Assembly (NCBI GenBank): GCA_028875345.1
Contig: JAPPEG010000041.1
Coordinates: 874 to 64,873 of the forward strand
From: Gemmatimonadota bacterium
GTDB taxonomy: Bacteria; Latescibacterota; UBA2968; UBA8231
DNA length: 64,000 nt
Direction of reading: 5' to 3'
The notes beneath the pieces were generated by a model, which made no database searches, had not been told where the DNA came from, and saw nothing but the letters and a program-made list of their open reading frames with translations. Shown in pieces: positions 18,764 to 27,572 of this stretch. Made by a program: the position numbers and the translations under genes. How positions within the stretch are numbered: the first letter of the stretch is position 1; the number at the start of each line of letters is the position of its first letter.

Positions 18764-20251
18764 ATGCAACTTCCCACACCCGATCCGACCCGCTTCAAGC
18801 GCCGCGGAGACCTCATCGGTCTCCTGCTTGAACACTTGCGCGCCGATCAGATCATTCACCGCCGCGAGGACGTAGTTGCCTATGAATGCGACGGCCTGTC
18901 GGCGTATCGCCAGCGGCCCATGCTGGTCGCCTTACCGGATAATACCGAACAGGTCGCGGCCGTACTCCGGTCGTGCGCCCAACTCGACATTCCCATCGTC
19001 CCTTGGGGTGCCGGTACCGGACTTTCGGGGGGTGCCCTGCCTAGGGAAGATGGAGTCGTGTTGAGCACGGCGCGGATGCGAGCGGTCCTCGACATCGATT
19101 TGGAAAACCGCGCGGTGACTGTGCAGCCGGGTGTGACCAACCGCGCGGTGACCGAGGCGGTGGAGCGGAGTGGCTTCTACTACGCACCCGATCCTTCGAG
19201 TCAAATAGCCTGCTCGATTGGCGGCAATATAGCCGAAAATTCGGGCGGGGTACACTGCCTCAAATACGGTACGACGACCAACAACTTGCTCGGCTTGGAA
19301 GTGGTGTTGGCCGACGGCGAGATCGTGCGGGTTGGCGGCAAGGGCATGGACCAAGCGGGCTATGACTTGCTCGGGCTGCTGACGGGTTCGGAAGGGTTGT
19401 TGGCCATTACCACGGAGGCCACGCTGCGGATCTTACCCAAGCCAGAAGTGGCGCAGGCTGTGATGGCCGTGTACGATTCGGTCGCCGCGGCTGGCCAAGC
19501 TGTGGCCGAGATCATCGCCGCGGGCATGGTGCCAGCCGGTATGGAAATCATGGATCAGCTATCTGTGGAAGCGGTGGAGGGTTTCGTTGGCGCGGGCTAT
19601 CCACTTGGGGTCGCGGCGCTCCTGCTGGTCGAATTGGACGGGCCGCAAAGCGAGGTCGAGTGCCAAAGCCGCGTGCTGGAATCGCTCTTGCGGCAGACTG
19701 GTGCGACCGAGCTTTCCCGCGCCACAACCGAGGCCGAGCGGCAAAAGCTGTGGGCCGGTCGCAAAGCAGCTTTCCCAGCGATGGGCCGGATTAGTCCCGA
19801 CTACTACTGCATGGACGGGACCATCCCGCGGAGTGCGCTGCCGCAGGTGCTAGAGAGAATCGGGGAGCTGTCGGCCGCGTATGGCCTGCGGGTGGCCAAC
19901 GTCTTCCACGCGGGCGATGGCAACCTGCACCCGCTCGTGCTGTACGACAGCAATGTCGAGGGCGATCTGGAGAAGGCCGAGTCGCTAGGGGCCGAGATCC
20001 TGAAGCTCTGCGTCGAGGTGGGGGGCGTGCTGAGCGGGGAGCACGGGGTTGGCATTGAGAAGCGGGATTTAATGCCGTGCATGTTCAAGGACGCGGATTT
20101 GGACGCTCAAGAGCGAGTCAAGGCCGAGTTTGACCCGCAGCAGGTATTGAATCCGGGTAAGGTATTTCCCACCTTGCGGCGGTGCGCCGAGGGCGGGGCC
20201 ATGCACGTACATCGAGGCGAGGAAAAGTTCCCAGAGTTGGAACGGTTCTGA
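18764..20251 (+). CDS. glcD: FAD-linked oxidase, GlcD / D-lactate dehydrogenase-like
   Basis: 495 aa. FAD-binding PCMH-type domain (PWGAGTGLSGGA) and a C-terminal GEHGVG motif. Confidence 0.85.
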   Translation: MQLPTPDPTRFKRRGDLIGLLLEHLRADQIIHRREDVVAYECDGLSAYRQRPMLVALPDNTEQVAAVLRSCAQLDIPIVPWGAGTGLSGGALPREDGVVLSTARMRAVLDIDLENRAVTVQPGVTNRAVTEAVERSGFYYAPDPSSQIACSIGGNIAENSGGVHCLKYGTTTNNLLGLEVVLADGEIVRVGGKGMDQAGYDLLGLLTGSEGLLAITTEATLRILPKPEVAQAVMAVYDSVAAAGQAVAEIIAAGMVPAGMEIMDQLSVEAVEGFVGAGYPLGVAALLLVELDGPQSEVECQSRVLESLLRQTGATELSRATTEAERQKLWAGRKAAFPAMGRISPDYYCMDGTIPRSALPQVLERIGELSAAYGLRVANVFHAGDGNLHPLVLYDSNVEGDLEKAESLGAEILKLCVEVGGVLSGEHGVGIEKRDLMPCMFKDADLDAQERVKAEFDPQQVLNPGKVFPTLRRCAEGGAMHVHRGEEKFPELERF

Positions 20252-20262
20252 GGAGGCGATGC

Positions 20263-20991
20263 ATGGCTACGGCTTTTGCCCTAGTAGGCGACCGCTATCA
20301 CACGTCTGATTACATCCGCACGGCTTTGGGCCGCACCTTGGTCCAAGGCATGGGATTATCCGTTGACTTTACCGACGAGCTCACCCTACTCAACGCCCAA
20401 CATTTGTCAAGTTATCGTCTGCTGATCGTCTTCCGCGACGGCATGATCTGGCCCAATGGCTACGGCATAGAGGCGGCGTCCGTCAGCGAGCCGCCCGTCC
20501 AGGCTGAGGAATCCCGTCCCGTGCAGTGGATTACCGAGGCACAGGGCCGCGCCGTGCGGAGCTTTGTGGAGGCGGGCGGGGCGGCTCTTTTCTACCACAA
20601 TTCCACGTACATCGCTCCGGGCAGCAGAGACTTCCGCCACGTGCTAGGCGCTGCCACGCAAGGCCACCCGCCGGTGCGTCCCTACCGCGTGCACATCACG
20701 CGCACAGATCATCCTATCACGCGCGGCGTGGAGGACTTTGTCGTCGAGGACGAGCAGCACTTCATGCAGTACGACAAGGACCCAGCCCATGTCTTGGCCG
20801 TCAGCATCAACGACGACGGGCACGCTTGGCAGGATTTGGGCACCACGTGCAAGGCGGCTTGGGCGTACGATTACGGCGCGGGCCGCGTGTGCTATTTATC
20901 GCCGGGGCACACCATCCCCGCTCTGTGGAATCCATCCTACGAGAAGTTACAGCGAAACGCCGTGCGCTGGCTGCTGCGCGATGACTTGTAG
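20263..20991 (+). CDS. ThuA domain-containing protein
   Basis: The ATG at 20263 follows AGGAGG. ThuA-like pattern (LIVFRDG...FYHNS...GAGRVCYLSPGH). Confidence 0.75.
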   Translation: MATAFALVGDRYHTSDYIRTALGRTLVQGMGLSVDFTDELTLLNAQHLSSYRLLIVFRDGMIWPNGYGIEAASVSEPPVQAEESRPVQWITEAQGRAVRSFVEAGGAALFYHNSTYIAPGSRDFRHVLGAATQGHPPVRPYRVHITRTDHPITRGVEDFVVEDEQHFMQYDKDPAHVLAVSINDDGHAWQDLGTTCKAAWAYDYGAGRVCYLSPGHTIPALWNPSYEKLQRNAVRWLLRDDL

Positions 20992-20994
20992 GAA

Positions 20995-23169
20995 TCAATC
21001 GCTCGGCAATGTTGATCCCAGTGGAATGGCTTGTCCCGCTTCCATCACCGCGCCGACCTCGCCGCACAGCCGCTCTTTGAGCGTAGTGTAACGCTGGGCG
21101 ACCTTGTCGTTGGCAATGGCCAGCTTGAGGGCCTTGGGGGTGCCGACGATGACAATCATTTGCTTGGCGCGGGTAATCGCCGTGTAGAGCAGGTTGCGCT
21201 GGAGCATCACGTAGTGCTGCGTCGTCAGCGGCAGCACTACCACGGGAAATTCCGAACCCTGAGAGCGGTGGATGCTGATGGCGTAGGCGAGGGTTAGCTG
21301 GTCGAGATCGACTTGATCGTACTCCAAGGTGTAGTCAAAGCGCACGTAGAGCACCTGTTTTTCCGCGTCGATCCGCTCGATCGTGCCGATGTCGCCGTTA
21401 AAAACGCCCTTGTCGTAGTTATTTTTGACCTGCATGACCTTGTCGCCCACCCGGAACTCGGCCCCGCGATGGCTGTGCGCTTGGCCGTGCGGGTTGAGGC
21501 GCTGTTGCAGCCGCTGGTTGAGATTGAGCGCGCCGGTCTCGCCGCGGTACATGGGCGAAAGCACTTGGATGTCGTTGCGCCGATCCCACCTCCGATAGCT
21601 GGGCAGCCGCGTGGCGCACAACTCCTCCACCAGCTCGACCACCCGCTCTGGGTCGCCTTCTTGGATGAAGTAGAAATCCGCAGCTGCGTCGTTCTCGACG
21701 ATGGGCATTTCGCCGCTGTTGATGCGGTGTGCATTGCGGATGATGTGGCTTTTTTGGGCTTGGCGAAAAATCTGCGTCAGGCGCACCACTGGCACTGCGG
21801 CGGAGTCGATGATGTCGCGGAGTACGTTGCCCGGCCCCACTGAGGGCAACTGGTCGATGTCGCCAACTAGCACCAGCCGAGCGTGGTCGGGCAGGGCGCG
21901 CAGGAGCGCGTTCATCAGCACCACGTCGATCATGGAAGCTTCATCGACGATCAGTGCGTCGATTTTAAGGCGGTCGTCGTAGCCCTTTTTAAACTGCCGT
22001 TCGCCCGGCTGAAATCCCAACAGCCGATGAATGGTCTTGGCCTCGCGCCCGCTGGCCTCGCTCAGCCGCTTGGCAGCGCGGCCCGTAGGCGAGCACAGCG
22101 CAACCTTGAGGCCGCCTTCCTCCAACAGGTGCAAGATGCGCCGTGTGACCGTTGTCTTACCAGTGCCAGGTCCGCCAGTCAGCACTAGCACTTTGCTGGT
22201 GGCGACCAGCTCCACGGCCTCTTTTTGTGCCGGAGCCAATTCCAGCTCGTCTTCTGCTTCTGCGGGTACGGCCAATTCTTCGGTCGGCGTGCGCAAAAGC
22301 CGCTTTAGCGACGATGCGGCACCTACTTCGGCGCGGTGGAGTGGCGGCAGATAGTAGTGTAGGTCTTCGGTGACCACGCCGTCGTTGGCGCGCAGGGCTT
22401 CTAATGCTTGCGGCAACAACTCGGCGTTGATCTCCAAAATTTCGACAGCCCGCTCCATCATTTCGACGGCTGGCAGGTACACGTGGCCTTCGTCAGCCGC
22501 TTCGGAGAGCAGGTAGCGGATGCCAGCTTGCACGCGCTCGGGTGCATCGCGGCCCAGGCCCAAGCGCTGGGCAATGCGGTCGGCGATGCGGAAGCCGATC
22601 CCATCCACGTCGCGCTCTAGGCGATAGGGATCGCTGCGCACCTTCTGAATAGCCTCTTGGCCGTAGGTCTTGAAAATTTTCACTGCGTAGCCGGTGGTAA
22701 TCCCGTGCGACTGCAAAAAGACCATCACGTCCTTGATTTGCCGCTGCTCGTCCCAAGCCGCGGCAATCAGCTCGACTCTCTTTTTGCCTAGCTTGGGCAC
22801 TTCCTCTAGCCGTTGGGGATCCGCGTCGATGATGTCGAGCGTTTCCGCGCCAAAGTGCTCGACGATGCGCTTGGCCGACCGCGGCCCGACCCCTTTGATC
22901 AAACCGGACCCGAGGTACTTTTGTATGCCTTCAAGGGTCGAGGGATAAACGGCCTTATAGTGCTCTACTTTGAATTGTTTGCCGTATTTGGGATGATTGG
23001 TCCACACGCCTGCGACTTCGACGCTTTCACCCTCTTGGATAGAGGCAAGCGTCCCCACGATTGCGATCCGCTCGCGCTGGCCCTCTACTACTAAGCGCGC
23101 AATGGTATAGCCGTTTTCCGGGTTGTGGTAGGTCAGGCGATCTATAAAGCCCTTATACGATTGGTTCAT
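20995..23169 (-). CDS. recD2: RecD2-type (RecD/TraA family) ATP-dependent DNA helicase
   Basis: 724 aa. The N-terminus is typical of RecD2. Walker A LTGGPGTGKTT, DEASM, and a C-terminal AISIHRSQGSEF motif. Confidence 0.9.
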   Translation of the reverse strand: MNQSYKGFIDRLTYHNPENGYTIARLVVEGQRERIAIVGTLASIQEGESVEVAGVWTNHPKYGKQFKVEHYKAVYPSTLEGIQKYLGSGLIKGVGPRSAKRIVEHFGAETLDIIDADPQRLEEVPKLGKKRVELIAAAWDEQRQIKDVMVFLQSHGITTGYAVKIFKTYGQEAIQKVRSDPYRLERDVDGIGFRIADRIAQRLGLGRDAPERVQAGIRYLLSEAADEGHVYLPAVEMMERAVEILEINAELLPQALEALRANDGVVTEDLHYYLPPLHRAEVGAASSLKRLLRTPTEELAVPAEAEDELELAPAQKEAVELVATSKVLVLTGGPGTGKTTVTRRILHLLEEGGLKVALCSPTGRAAKRLSEASGREAKTIHRLLGFQPGERQFKKGYDDRLKIDALIVDEASMIDVVLMNALLRALPDHARLVLVGDIDQLPSVGPGNVLRDIIDSAAVPVVRLTQIFRQAQKSHIIRNAHRINSGEMPIVENDAAADFYFIQEGDPERVVELVEELCATRLPSYRRWDRRNDIQVLSPMYRGETGALNLNQRLQQRLNPHGQAHSHRGAEFRVGDKVMQVKNNYDKGVFNGDIGTIERIDAEKQVLYVRFDYTLEYDQVDLDQLTLAYAISIHRSQGSEFPVVVLPLTTQHYVMLQRNLLYTAITRAKQMIVIVGTPKALKLAIANDKVAQRYTTLKERLCGEVGAVMEAGQAIPLGSTLPSD

Positions 23170-23178
23170 GTGCTGCGC

Positions 23179-23799
23179 TCACCATATGAAAGCACTGTAC
23201 AGCAGGGCCATACTCCCCGCGCCCAGCGCACCGCCCGCGCCGATCTGCATGGGGGTATGCGCCCCCAAATAAAGCCGCGCCCAAGCGACGGCCGGCCAAC
23301 TGAGTAAGAAGGGCCACGCCGCGCTACCGACGCTGATCAACAATACGCAGGTTGCCCCTCCGACACCAGCCGCGTGAATGCTGATCTTATAGAAGCGATT
23401 GATCGACCAGACCAAGAGCGTATTGACGACACAGGACGCGGCCGTGACCAGCATTAGGGGAGGGGCTCCGATCCCGTAGAGGGCTGCTCCTCCTAGGGTG
23501 TAGCAACAAGCGCCCAGCAAGAGCAAGGTAGCGCGTTTGTTGCGGTCGTCTGTATAGGCTTTGTCCAGATACCCCGAGCGCACAAAGTGCCAGAGAAGCA
23601 ACCCGGGGACCACAGAGAAGGCACCGACCGCCACTGAGCCGGCGAGCCAGTCGCCTAGCACGTGCGCTTGAACGCCGAAGACCAACAGCGCCAACAGCGC
23701 GGGATTGAGCAAGTGCGAAAGGAAGCATGCGGCTCGGTGCGGATGCAGACTAAAAAAGGGACGAGCTAATTGCTCGCCCCTCGTTATTTCTTTTGCCAT
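23179..23799 (-). CDS. polytopic membrane protein, PAP2-superfamily-like (motifs partly degenerate)
   Basis: 206 aa. KISIHAAG (compare PSGH) and ARLYLGAHTPMQIGAG (compare SRxxxxxHxxxD, with D replaced by Q). Confidence 0.5.
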   Translation of the reverse strand: MAKEITRGEQLARPFFSLHPHRAACFLSHLLNPALLALLVFGVQAHVLGDWLAGSVAVGAFSVVPGLLLWHFVRSGYLDKAYTDDRNKRATLLLLGACCYTLGGAALYGIGAPPLMLVTAASCVVNTLLVWSINRFYKISIHAAGVGGATCVLLISVGSAAWPFLLSWPAVAWARLYLGAHTPMQIGAGGALGAGSMALLYSAFIW

Positions 23800-24215
23800 T
23801 TTTTTCCGCTGGCCGCGCCGCGACTAGGTGGCCTCTTATCACCCTCTAGCACGAAGCCGATAAAGCGCTTTTGTCCAAGGGTCTTCAAATACTGGAGCAG
23901 GGAGACCTCGGCCTCCTTGCGATTGAGCTGGTATTTGTCGCTGAGCTCTTCGATCATATTGCCGACTGAGTTGCGGCCATTGCACATCCGCCAGACCTCG
24001 CTGCCGACCTCGTCGAGGGTGATTTTGCGCTGTTTGGGGATGTAGAAAAACTTGGACAGCAGCCGCACCCTCCAGGTCTCTTGGCGCGTTATGAAGACCT
24101 GGATCTCGCCGTTGTCGTTGTTTTCCCAGCGCAGAGACTCATTGCGCGTTGGCCGCGACGCCAGCATGGCGACCCGGCTTAGCTTGGGTCCCTTGTTTTT
24201 CGATAAAATGCCCAT
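23784..24215 (-). CDS. PqqD-family (RiPP-recognition-element-like) small protein
   Basis: 143 aa. The core LDEVGSEVWRMCNGRNSVGNMIEELSDKYQLNRKEAEVSLLQYLKTLGQKRFI matches the PqqD winged-helix pattern. An AAGG lies 6 nt upstream of the ATG at 24215. An alternative start is at 24167. Confidence 0.65.
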   Translation of the reverse strand: MGILSKNKGPKLSRVAMLASRPTRNESLRWENNDNGEIQVFITRQETWRVRLLSKFFYIPKQRKITLDEVGSEVWRMCNGRNSVGNMIEELSDKYQLNRKEAEVSLLQYLKTLGQKRFIGFVLEGDKRPPSRGAASGKKWQKK

Positions 24216-25131
24216 CTACTACCTTGGCGACTAGCTCGTCTGCTGCGTCTTTCTTGCGGTAGAGGTGCTCGATGATTGCGATTTTGTCGATGCTGGTATC
24301 GCGCCAGACGCGCCCCCGCATATATAGGCGCGGCCTCGGGTTTATAAAGGGCAGAGGACGCAGTAGCTGACGCCAGCGGCTGCGCGGTCGTCCCTCAACG
24401 CGAATGCCCTCGTGTTCCCGCACGGCTTCTGGAGTAATATCCACCACGAAGTCGCGCAATTGCTTCTTAAAAAAAACCGGATACCAGTCTTGGATGGGCG
24501 CGTCTTTGAGCATAATCCGGGCCATGCTCAACCGATGCACCTTTAAAACTTGTTTGCCGAGGGAAAACTCGAGCTCGATGTGGCCCGACTTGAGGGAATG
24601 GCTTTGTAGCTTGAGGTCGCTGGGTGCAAAAAACCGCAAGCCGTACACGCTCCACAGATGCGCGTCCTCAGCTTCTTGATCGACGAGCGAGCTGAACACG
24701 GCCTCGGCTTGCTCGGGCAAAAACTCGTCTAGCTTGGCCAGCACTCGCAGGAGCACTACCCGCCCGGATCCCAAGGCGAGCGCTAGATTGTATGCGCGGA
24801 AGTCGGCCTCCCAGATGAAGACCTCGTATTCGCGGCCTTCGAGGAACTTCTTGTTTTTGAGGAAGCGAGCGCGGCGCTGGACCTCAAAGGGAGCATCGAC
24901 CTTTTGGGCCTTCTTTTGCAGATTGGCCAAGTAGCGATCTACCAACTCGGTCAGGCGCAGGGCCTCGCCGCGGCCTTTGAGCCGCCGCCATTCGATTTCA
25001 GCACGCACGATTTCGGCGTCGTCGAGGCGGGCATAGCCCTTTTCAAAGTCCCCGTCAACTCGGCCGAGGTTCCAATCGTCGGGCACGGACATCCGCAGCC
25101 CTTGCCAAGCGAAGTCCACCCAGTCGCTCAT
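24139..25131 (-). CDS. hypothetical soluble protein, Cys-free, internally duplicated
   Basis: 330 aa, with the start 1 nt after the upstream stop. Two related modules: FAWQGLRMSVPDDWNL... and WSVYGLRFFAPSDLKL... No family recognised. Confidence 0.7.
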   Translation of the reverse strand: MSDWVDFAWQGLRMSVPDDWNLGRVDGDFEKGYARLDDAEIVRAEIEWRRLKGRGEALRLTELVDRYLANLQKKAQKVDAPFEVQRRARFLKNKKFLEGREYEVFIWEADFRAYNLALALGSGRVVLLRVLAKLDEFLPEQAEAVFSSLVDQEAEDAHLWSVYGLRFFAPSDLKLQSHSLKSGHIELEFSLGKQVLKVHRLSMARIMLKDAPIQDWYPVFFKKQLRDFVVDITPEAVREHEGIRVEGRPRSRWRQLLRPLPFINPRPRLYMRGRVWRDTSIDKIAIIEHLYRKKDAADELVAKVVDGHFIEKQGTQAKPGRHAGVAANAQ

Positions 25132-25132
25132 G

Positions 25133-27559
25133 CTAGAAGATCAACACGGAGACCGATTTCTGGATCAGGGCGATCCCCACCGACGCCATACCCATCAACG
25201 CCATACCGCAAGCGAAGCCCACCGCCAGAACCGGGGCAAACAGCCGCCATTCCTGCCGCCCGTACTTGTTCCAAAAGTAGTAGCGAGCCAAGAGCGCACC
25301 GATGATCTCGGTGACGACCAAGTGCGGCAGAATCGTCAGCGAGCGCACGAACCCAAAGATCAACAAGATCGGTAGCCCGAGTATGGATAGCAGAATGAAG
25401 CTCACCAGCCCGAAGCCGGCCCCAAAGGCGATGACTTCTAGTTTCAGCGCCCTAAAGAGCCAAGGCACGTCGGTGGAGCGCTGGATCCAAGAGCTGGTAA
25501 AGAGCGGATCGGTATCGACCTCAAAGTAGAAGGACCATCCGGCCGGTACAGCTCGCTCGGTCTGCACTTCGAGGGTTGGGCGGGGTTCGCGAATGACGGT
25601 GTCCATAGCTGGCCCCAGTGGCGCAATCGCCGGCAGGCCCTCGACCACTTCCTCTTCGGCTAGCTGCTCGTCGCGCAGGTAGCGCTCGGCGACTATGTCG
25701 GGTGCCCCTTGCTCGAAGTACGAGTAGAAAACTTGGGTCGGCATCCACGGGCCGACTTGGCCGCGCTTGCCGTTGGAGTCCAGCCACTCCTGATCCACTA
25801 GCCGCACCCGCCAGTACCACCACTCGTTTTCGATCAGGTTTGCCGGAGTCCATCCCGCTTGATCTTTGTCTATGGCCAGTTCGCTGCGCATGGTGCCGGT
25901 GATAAAGAGACATTGCTGGTAAGCGCGCAGACGCCACATGAGCTGGGCATAGGGGTAAGAGGCCGACGGGATCGGTGCTAGTTTCCAGATATAGGAGCCG
26001 TAGAGAAAACTGGTAAAGAGCACGATGGGTACCATGAAAATCTCGGCGCGGATGATGCTGGTAAACTGGGTGCCGGTCAATTCGATTTCGCGGAACTTCT
26101 GGGTCTGGGCACCGTAGTTGCCCAAGGGAAACGGAATGAACCAGATGTCAACACCGCGATACCCAGAAAGAATAATCGTGGCCTCGCGCACGAAGGGAAC
26201 GTCCACCGTCTGCCCTACCATCCCGACTAGGCGAGCGTTGACGAAGGACTGAAAGGGCGTGAATACGAAACCAAAGAAGAGGAAGAACCATATAAATTGG
26301 GCAATGCCCGGCAGCAGCCAAGCGGCGATGCCGATCAGGCCGGCCGTGGCCAAGGCGTATAGTGCCAACGCCACCCAGATGGGGAAATCGCCGCGGCCAG
26401 CGGGGGTGGCGAAGCCGCGCTTGGGACTGCCATCATTCCCGTTGCCCTTGTTAGCCCTAGCCCTGCGCACGCTCTGAACTATCTGGTAGATGCCGATGGC
26501 GGCGATGGCAAAGGTAGTGCCGAGGCCGAAGCTCATCCAGAAATCGACGTAGTTGACGAAATAGGTCTCGATCGTGCCCATGCCTTGCTGCCACAAGTTC
26601 AGGTACGGCTCCTCGCGCCACGAAGGCGTCCAGGTATAGAGCAGCGGATTGGCAACGGCGGCGGCGACTAGACCGATGAAGGTGCCAACCACGCCCCAGA
26701 ACGGCACCACTAGACCGACGAAGATCGGCCCCAAGTGCGCGGTAAATCCCAGCGGAGTGGCCGGGATAAAGTTGCCGGTAACTTGCGTGAAGTCGACAAA
26801 GGGAATGGGTATGAGTTGGATCGGCTCGGTCAGCAGCGCGCCAGTAATCGCCGGTAGGGCCACGTAGATCGTGCCAAAGACCAAGCCGATCATCGCCCCT
26901 GCCGAGAATACCCGCCAGCGCCACGTCTCAAGTCCTTGGGTAGTTTCGGCCAGTGCCGTAGCACCTTGGGCGTTTACGGGCGCGAAGGGAAAGGGCAGGC
27001 GCTCGTAGTCGGAGCTGAGCCGGAAGAGCGCGTACGACATAGTGAACCAGTTGATGCGCGAGATGATCATCCCCAAGACTAGGAGTACGATCGGCATCGC
27101 CCAATCCGAGTGCAGGAAGGTGCGCTCAATGACGGCGAGAGAGTCGGGTTGGGGTGCCACCCAAGTGGGAATCAGCTTGGTGATGCCGAACTGCTTGGCC
27201 GCTGGCGATTGCACCAAGTACTGGTTGTAGAGCAAGCCCTCAAAGGCACCGGTTTCAGCGGCAATCAGCGAGCCGGCCACGTAGAACAGCACATAGACTT
27301 CTTGGCGCCGGAGGGAGGAGAAGGAACGCTTGGTGATTTCGGCGAAGAGGATGATGGTCACCCACTCGGCCGCCGCCCCCAAAGAGCCGCCGATCATCAG
27401 GCTCAAGTACATGTTGCCCGGCACCATGATGAAGGCGACGAAGAACACGCCGAGGATGGCCTTGATCGTAAAGCCGTTCTCGAAGCGGTCCGGGACCTGC
27501 ATTAAATCCCGATATTCTTCGATCTCTCGGTTCGGGTTTCTGTTTTTGCTTCCGAGCAC
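25133..27559 (-). CDS. large polytopic membrane protein (808 aa), OPT-superfamily-like
   Basis: GTG start preceded by GGGAGG. Many hydrophobic segments. The N-terminus FTIKAILGVFFVAFIMVPGNMYLSLMIGGSLGAAAEW resembles oligopeptide-transporter (OPT) N-termini. A ~170-aa soluble insert lies near the C-terminus. Confidence 0.75.
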   Translation of the reverse strand: MLGSKNRNPNREIEEYRDLMQVPDRFENGFTIKAILGVFFVAFIMVPGNMYLSLMIGGSLGAAAEWVTIILFAEITKRSFSSLRRQEVYVLFYVAGSLIAAETGAFEGLLYNQYLVQSPAAKQFGITKLIPTWVAPQPDSLAVIERTFLHSDWAMPIVLLVLGMIISRINWFTMSYALFRLSSDYERLPFPFAPVNAQGATALAETTQGLETWRWRVFSAGAMIGLVFGTIYVALPAITGALLTEPIQLIPIPFVDFTQVTGNFIPATPLGFTAHLGPIFVGLVVPFWGVVGTFIGLVAAAVANPLLYTWTPSWREEPYLNLWQQGMGTIETYFVNYVDFWMSFGLGTTFAIAAIGIYQIVQSVRRARANKGNGNDGSPKRGFATPAGRGDFPIWVALALYALATAGLIGIAAWLLPGIAQFIWFFLFFGFVFTPFQSFVNARLVGMVGQTVDVPFVREATIILSGYRGVDIWFIPFPLGNYGAQTQKFREIELTGTQFTSIIRAEIFMVPIVLFTSFLYGSYIWKLAPIPSASYPYAQLMWRLRAYQQCLFITGTMRSELAIDKDQAGWTPANLIENEWWYWRVRLVDQEWLDSNGKRGQVGPWMPTQVFYSYFEQGAPDIVAERYLRDEQLAEEEVVEGLPAIAPLGPAMDTVIREPRPTLEVQTERAVPAGWSFYFEVDTDPLFTSSWIQRSTDVPWLFRALKLEVIAFGAGFGLVSFILLSILGLPILLIFGFVRSLTILPHLVVTEIIGALLARYYFWNKYGRQEWRLFAPVLAVGFACGMALMGMASVGIALIQKSVSVLIF

Positions 27560-27572
27560 TCGCTATCCTCCC

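Noticed and set aside
23784-27559. Idea that the PqqD-like gene marks a lasso-peptide or other classical RiPP cluster.
   Set aside because: There is no transglutaminase-like protease (the 330-aa neighbour has no Cys at all), no Asn-synthetase-like cyclase, no radical SAM or YcaO, and no short precursor ORF in the operon.
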